NCBI GenBank assembly: GCA_000165425.1
Contig: CT867991.1
Location: forward strand, 186,001-250,000
Length of the DNA stretch: 64,000 bases
Source of the DNA: Paramecium tetraurelia
Lineage: Eukaryota
Direction: 5' to 3'
The notes beneath the pieces are model-generated. The model was not told the origin of the DNA and did no database searches. It saw nothing but the letters and a program-made list of their open reading frames with translations. Both the position numbers and the translations under genes were made by a program. Positions 56,861-64,000 of the stretch are shown one piece after another (positions within the stretch are counted from its first letter, which is position 1; every line of letters starts with the position of its first letter).

Positions 56861-58549
56861 ATGAATAAATCTGTTTTATTAGAGATGCAACTCAAGGAAG
56901 CCCTCGATAGAGAGATCAATCTCAAAATGCTGAATGAATCCTTAATGTAAGCCATGAGTGGCATGGCAAATCAAGACAGGGGCAAAGAAATTCATTTATT
57001 AAATTAACTGCATCAATAGGAGCTATCCAAATTAAAAACGACTCTTCAAGAAAAAATAACAATTCTAGAATACGAAGTAAGATCCGAATATTATTTTAAG
57101 CATCGCAAGAAATGTCTAGAGTTTGTACAATTGTAAAAAGATTATAGCCAATTAAAATTAGACTATGAAGAGAAAGAAGAACAGTATGTATTTTTGATTA
57201 ATTAGAAAATGTCTAAGATGTGTTGAATTGCAATATTAATTGAGTTTGATCGTAAAATAAAATGAAGTTGAAAAAGAAGGACTTGCTCATGAATTTGCAG
57301 ATGCCCTCAGCAATTAGAAATCTATTATTGAATACGTATTACTATTGCATTTATTCAGTAGGACTTGAATTGCCTCAAATCGAATCTCAAGGATCTCACA
57401 TACTAATTAGATTGTGAGTGTAAGGAGAAGGACAAATTGTAAAATGCTATTCAAGAATTAAATAAGACTCACGATTAAGCAGTAAATAGTACTTATAGAT
57501 TAGTAAAAGCAGCTTAATGTAACAAATTTGCTGATTTAAACAGATCCCACCATGAAACAATCCTTTAGAATAATCAATATCAAATGAATAACCAATAGAG
57601 AGAATAGATGTAAACAGTCAAGCTTTCACAAAATGAATAAGAGAAATTAAATTTGGAAAAGTCACTCCTAGAATACAAGTAATTAGTTTAATCTATAACT
57701 AATATAGAGAGATTAATTATAAATTGGATTCTTAACTTAAAATATTGAATCAGCAATTACTTGATAAAGAAACTAAAATAATTGAATAAAAAACAGAATT
57801 AACAAAAAAGTTGCATAATGAAAAAAAAATAGCAGAGTAATGTTAAGTTGTAGCTCTCAAATTAAAAAATGATTTTCAAAGAAAATAGTCTCTCCTAATC
57901 GAAGATTCTCTTAAAAAAGAATAACAATTAAAAACCATTTAAACTCAACTTACAAGGTAGAAGAGCAAGAATAAATTTTATGAAAAATGCTCTTAATTAA
58001 GTCAACCTCTAAGAAATTAAGAATGCCACTCCTAAATAAATTAAGCATAAAAAAAATAACCTTTCCAACGATTACAAATCTTCTCATTAACCTGGACATT
58101 AAAAAGTAAATCATCTCTTTATTTAAGAATACTTTAAGTCAAGGAAACATTGGAAAAATTAAATTATAGCCATCCACAATTCTTAGAAGTGAAGCAGACT
58201 CTATTCATTTCACTCTAACAGATATGTTGAATTCAACTAGAAATATTGATTAACAAACACTATCTTGTCGATAATCTAATGATGATATCACTTACCATAT
58301 TGACCAATTTAATTGTGTGGCCAAAATTGTATTTATTTTATTTTTAAGTCTTAGATCTAAACTAATGAAGATTCAGTCACCCCGACATAAATCTTAACGG
58401 ATAGGCAATTATCTCCCAGAATTAGAAGTACTCTTTGATTATAATGATTAATAGTTCAAACAGTGAATCCGAAGGGACCTACTTCAAAAGTACGATAAAT
58501 ACAGGCAGATTTGTCTAAAGAAAATGCTATAGTGAGACTTAAATCTTGA
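56861..58549 (+). CDS. Coiled-coil protein
   Basis: MNKSVLLEMQLKEALDRE start; heptad-rich; several short introns; ends AIVRLKS-TGA. Confidence 0.72.
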
Positions 58550-59037
58550 TAATATAAACTTAACTAAAAATTTTATAAAAATTATGTTGTGAATATAATT
58601 TTAATAAGGCCTTAATAGTTCATAATCATTTAGATGTTGATCTATAATTAAGAAATCTTTAAAGTTTAAATGAATATTTTTAAATCATTCTCATAACTTT
58701 ATGTATTTTTCTATTAACTTGTGTTGCCAACGTTCAAAATAATCGTAATCAAATTCAATGATAGAAATAAATTACTTCATAAAATCCTCATTAATACTAT
58801 ATTTATTGAAATCAATAAAAGAATATTATTTGATATTAACTGACCCTAGTTTTTTTGGGTATACAACTATAAAAAACGAATACATTTTAGAGTTTTATAA
58901 AGTGATATCAAAATTTCATATGAATATACGATAAATGAATACAAAAATAGTAAAGATCAAAATTTTTAACTGTTACTTTCAAACTTTTTAAGCCTTTCTT
59001 TTGAGAAGGGGACAAGGATTTAAAACAATTTGTTTCT

Positions 59038-59358
59038 TCAGTTGGTTTTCACTTAAAGTTTAAGAGAAATGTCTTACACACATCTGCAGAAATAACCATT
59101 GCAACATTGGCAATGATAAAACATTCTTTTTGAATTTCTATAACAGTTTTAATGTAATTGAACATCCTCATCGCTTTGATAGTAAGTATCTAATCTAATC
59201 TAAAATAGTTTATAATTAATATTTACATTGACACATCTTGGACAAGTTACAGGTAAACCGTTACATTCGAGCATTTCAAATTGCTTACGGCATGTACAAC
59301 AGTTGAGAAATCCAACGTTGACCTAGCACCAAGGACATAAAATAATGCAGCAATCCAT
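59038..59358 (-). CDS. Small Cys-rich (putative metal-binding) ORF or gene remnant
   Basis: 106 codons with about 16 Cys in CPWC, CCTC, CPRC, CQCC, CRC clusters; GC-richer than its flanks. Confidence 0.4.
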
Positions 59359-60772
59359 CTTGTTAATTAGTGATATAATTAATATAAATATTAACAATTG
59401 TGTTAATACGTCAAATAGTCAGCCCCTTTGAAATCGTTAATTTACTTTTTGTTATAAAAAATATTCTTTTATAATATAAATAATAAATAGCTCATTCTCA
59501 CAAAACTATGTGTTTACATATGCTAATTACAAACCAATTTAATAAGACTTCATACATTTCAAAATATTATTAAAGTCAATTTAAATATAAAATCCAAAAA
59601 AGGGGAATTGAGCGCAAATTATAATATCGCAACAAAATCAATTTTTGATTAAATAATATTTGATATATCCTATCTCAGCTTACAGGTTAATGAGATTTTG
59701 TTATTTATTATTGTAATATTATCATTTAAATTTTGTAATATTAAATCCATAAAGGCAAATAATTTGCATCTATATTGAATTGAGTTTTATAATACTCATA
59801 TTCGAAATAAGCCTTTTTATTTCACTTCATACCAATACTTCTTTTCGTATTACAAAATTCCTGATAAAAATTATCTTATGATATCTGATTTTAAAGTTTA
59901 GCTCTTAATATTCAATATATGATAGAATACAAGATCATTGAAGTTTACAAATTTTAACTAAATGCTTCTTCTGGAATTGTAAACAAATATTTATAACAAT
60001 TTTCAGCTAATGAGAACAACACAAATGACAAATGAATTCACCTCACAAATTATCTATAGTAAAATCCAATTGAATATAGCAAGTTTTTTATATAAAAGTA
60101 TCAATTCTAGGTATTCTAATTTGGTTTCAGTGATTCTAACAATAAATGCTATGCTTGTTGCTTAATAATCATTGATTTTTTTGTTAGTGCTTTAGAATGA
60201 TTTCTCCATCCGAAGCTAAGGTTTGAATTTTAAAATGCGATTAATAGAAATCTGCCTTGCAATAGTGCATTAATAAATTTTAAAAAGGAATTAATATATA
60301 TTTTATAAAAATTACATAATATAAATAATAATATATTGGGTTCAAATTATATGAGTTTAAAATATTATGAAAAAACTATTTGTATCTAATTGACCGGTAG
60401 ATGAATTGCTCTGAATTTTGAAGAGTCAATTTATAATCTTAAGTCTAATTATCTAATCGTAAGCTATAAATTCGTTTTTCTCGGAAATTTTAACAAGTTT
60501 ACCTTAATCATATCCACATCATTTTTATTTCACATGCTTTGGATCAAGAGTGGTGAAAATCGAATAAAATTTTGAAATCCACAATTAGAAAATTAGAGAA
60601 TAGTTCGTGTGACCTTACTCATCTCTAGTTCAGTGGATTAGACTCATTTTTGAGAAGTATTTTATTTAAAATGCAAAATAAACATATGCTCTTATATTCT
60701 AAAATTTAAAAGGATAACTAGAAGTATGGATTTATTATTTAATATAAGGGAGTACGAATTATTTAAGTTTCA

Positions 60773-61155
60773 TCATTATCCGAATGAGGGATATTCAGTC
60801 AATTGAATTCTTAAGAATCCATCAGGACTTTTGAATTTATTATAAACTTCATCAACTTGACTCTCTTATTAATATGAATGGTTGTACCTGCTTTGACCAA
60901 GCCAGAGTTGTTAATGAAGAGATATAGGCTTTCTTGCTGTTAGATGTGGAGTGTCTCTCTAATGATTTATAGGAAATGATAAAAGTGGTCAGATTTGCTC
61001 ATTAAATACTTTTTGATTTTGGTTCCATCCTGAAATTGCAATCTAGATCTAACACTTATCTATAATAAAATTGGACTAATTATTATATTAAAATACACTC
61101 TATCAGGATATTTCTCAATGAAATTGTCTGAAATTTTTAAATTATCACACATCAT
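60773..61155 (-). CDS. ATG8: ATG8/GABARAP-family ubiquitin-like autophagy protein (divergent)
   Basis: EKYPDRVPI, KKYLM, ESLYLFINN, VYNKFKSPDGFLRI..TEYPSFG-Q-TGA; two short introns. Confidence 0.88.
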
Positions 61156-61177
61156 ATAAAATAATTAATTATAGTTA

Positions 61178-64000
61178 TCATTATTATTATTATTGTTCTT
61201 CATTTTTCTTCCCTATCTTTTCCCAATATTGAATAGTATCATCAATATACCCAATGCAGTGTTTCAATCTGCCTTCCAGGAACTCACTCAACAACACATA
61301 ACAAGGTCTCACAATCACCTTCAAAAACCCAACTTCAGACTTCGCCATTACTTGAGGCTAAGAACTAATAAGACTTGGAATATTACAATATGTAGATCCT
61401 TCATATATGGTTACTATGGGTATCCGAGTTCTCCTTCTAACTTGTATTGAAAACTGAATTCTTAATTAACTCTCGATGACCACTTTACTGAAATATTGCT
61501 TCTCTTCCCAGCACCACCAAAATCACTAACATGCATGATATAACCACTTAAAATCTTTGGATCATTGAAATTCTTAGGTCTGTTTTCAAAATCCTTCAAT
61601 AGTGTGAAATGCTCAGACATATCTGTACTCAAGATATTGGATATCAATCCTTTTCTAAAATTCCTAAATTACGTTTAATTTAGATTGGTTAGAATGTTGC
61701 ATTAAGGGTATTTTAGAATTTAAATTGTTAATGCAGCATGATGTTATTCCAATACACTTTTATCATGATATCTAATGGCTAAATCACTTAAACTATTGAT
61801 TTCAAAGACATTGGTTCTACCAGTATGTCCAACATCATGTCCAAAACTACTGATCATAAGAATAAATCGGTTGAAATTATCAATGATTGTATTCTTGGAT
61901 GTTTAATCTAATTCTTTACAAAAGTAATGAGCAGTTTACATCACAGTAACGCCATGATCATAATTATGATATGGGTTATTATTGACATTATAATGATATT
62001 CCATCTCCTTAATGAAATTCTATAAGTTCTCCTAAGGTAAACCAAAATCATCAAAAATTCTATTCTTCTTTAGAATTGCCCACACAACTCTATGTTTATC
62101 TTTCTAACTTGTTAATTCCATAATATTGAAATCAAATGTGTCTATCAAGTCATCCTGACTTGTTAAACAGAACTCATTTAAGTCTAATTCTTCCATGGTT
62201 GCAAATTTGGATCTTTTTAGTTCAACTTCAGATTTTTGAATTTTAGGTTAATCTTGCTAATTTCCTTAATTTGATTTAGTCCGTTTCAATATCAATTATT
62301 GCAAAGGCATATATAATGAAGCCACAGAATATTTAACATCCGGATTAGTTTCTTCTAGTTTGTTCACAAAATTGATTGTCTCATGTTAAATTAACTATTT
62401 CCTAATTTTAGCCTTTATCTTAGAATCTAATTTATTTCCAGATTCTAACTATTTAAATTACTTCTTGACCCACCCCTTAGTGTTCTCTGTAAAAATCAAA
62501 GCAAATCCTTTATACGTTTTCTCCTCTATTTTTAAAAATATTTCATATTGTTTTTCATTATCTTTCATAGTTTTCCAATTATGATCCTAAAGATAGTTCT
62601 CAATATTTGACACAACCCTTTAATCAAAGATCTTATTGTATGACAATTGATTATAATGTATCATATGAGAATTGAATTGGATATTAAAATTAGATTTAAT
62701 TTATTTGGGTATGGGTCTTGATAAGAATAGAAGGTGTCCACTCTTATCAAATTCAAAAACTAAAGAGTTATTGGATCTTAAAAAGAATTTATAGAAAGCA
62801 CTTTTATCAAAACATTCTCTAATAAATCTGAGATATTTTTCATAATAATGTTTTACTTCTGAATAGATTCTCTGGTCTGTCTATTTCTACAAATTCATCG
62901 AATAAATTCTGAAACACACAGTCACTTAAGAGTCTTTAAATATTATATAGACACTTTCGGAATCCCAGACTTAAATATCCTACTGATCTGTTTGCAATCT
63001 ATCATTAAATTAAGATTACTTGTCCATTTTGAACATTTGAGAAAGGATATTGTACATCTACTCAATCAATATAAATTTGGAGGCTCTGAGAAATGAGATG
63101 CCAAGATCTAGGATCATGTCTGCAATGGATAATGGACTAAAAAACTAGACTTTGGCATTTTGGATGGTATGAATCAAAAACATGGACATATTCCTCAATT
63201 CATCTATCAATTAATAATCGTTGGCTATTCTAGATAGAGAATACAGAATGAACTTACTTCAATATGGATTCTGAATCTAGTTATTTATTTTATTTGGAAT
63301 GATATATGAAGATCACATTATTGGTCTACAATCCATAGGAGGACAAATAATTCATAGAGTCTAATTTTGAACACAAATGAGAGGCTTGAGGGAATCGAAA
63401 AACCTTGTTCTGTGGTAATGAGGCAATCTCATCAGTGAGGAATTGATCCAATGGGATTTAATCAAAAATGTCAGTCTTGGTTTAATATAATTCCAGCTCA
63501 GAATTTGAATTTAATTTGAAAAAACTAAAATGATCGCAATCCAATAGATTTTTGGTTAATTCTCTCAATAAATTGAATATGGTAGTGTATGAAACATTTT
63601 CATCCATTAATAACAAATGGCTTTTCATGTAATTAGCAAATTGAAACTTTATGCTTTTATAGGAATCCAACAAATCAGATTCGATCAATTAATTCATATC
63701 CATGGTTGGAGATGAAGAACATTTAGTGAGCAAAGCTGATGATGGATTTGATTGAGATTCATTCTAAGTAAAGAGATTACGAATATTTTCAAATATCTGA
63801 TTGATTTTAGGATTTATGGTTTGTCCCTCTTTTTTTTTATTATAGAAATGATTAATCAATTTAAATGCCTTTTCCATATCGGCAACCGAATCATGGAATT
63901 AACTATCATCCAATTTGACACCCTTGATTAGATCCACATCTGTTATGCTTGATCTAGTTCTCTTCATCTATCTTGAAACTCCTTGCTTTTCTTTAGGCAA
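61178..64000 (-). CDS. Class I 3',5'-cyclic nucleotide phosphodiesterase (5' end beyond the window)
   Basis: NPYHNYDHG, HDVGHTGRTN, YHDKSVLEQHH, ILSTDMSEH, IMHVSD, EFSFQ motifs; upstream region possibly GAF-like. Confidence 0.95.

Noticed and set aside
21863..61155. Apparent proteostasis/autophagy cluster (CHIP, USP30-like, TPR receptor, ATG8)
   Set aside because: The genes are spread over 40 kb on both strands among unrelated genes; these families are large in Paramecium and there is no sign of a linked system.

Overview
AT-rich, gene-dense ciliate nuclear DNA, almost certainly a Paramecium macronuclear chromosome segment. Genes read only with the ciliate code (TAA/TAG = Gln, TGA the sole stop) and contain tiny 20-30 nt GT...AG introns. 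The supplied standard-code ORF track is therefore mostly fragments or antisense shadows. I can support about 30 protein genes and one tRNA-Glu(CTC). Recognisable genes include a Cys-rich GPI surface protein, GPR180/TMEM145, SAM methyltransferase, bZIP factor, NOL12/RRP17, DYRK kinase, CHIP-like E3, OSBP, H-lectin, TLDc, sorting nexin, aquaporin, IFT54, CNOT11, USP30-like DUB, RFC4, CK1, an OEP61-like TPR protein, ATG8 and a cyclic nucleotide PDE. There are also several decaying pseudogenes. I found no CRISPR, transposase, telomere or clear IES, and no convincing new multi-gene system. The most notable items are a truncated IFT54 paralog sharing a near-identical 387 bp tract with its neighbour, a frameshifted GH5 endoglycoceramidase relic, a probable pseudo-hydrolase fusion, a bacterial-type methyltransferase, a non-canonical OSBP and a small orphan Cys-rich ORF. 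All translations and coordinates were done by hand, so some gene ends are approximate.
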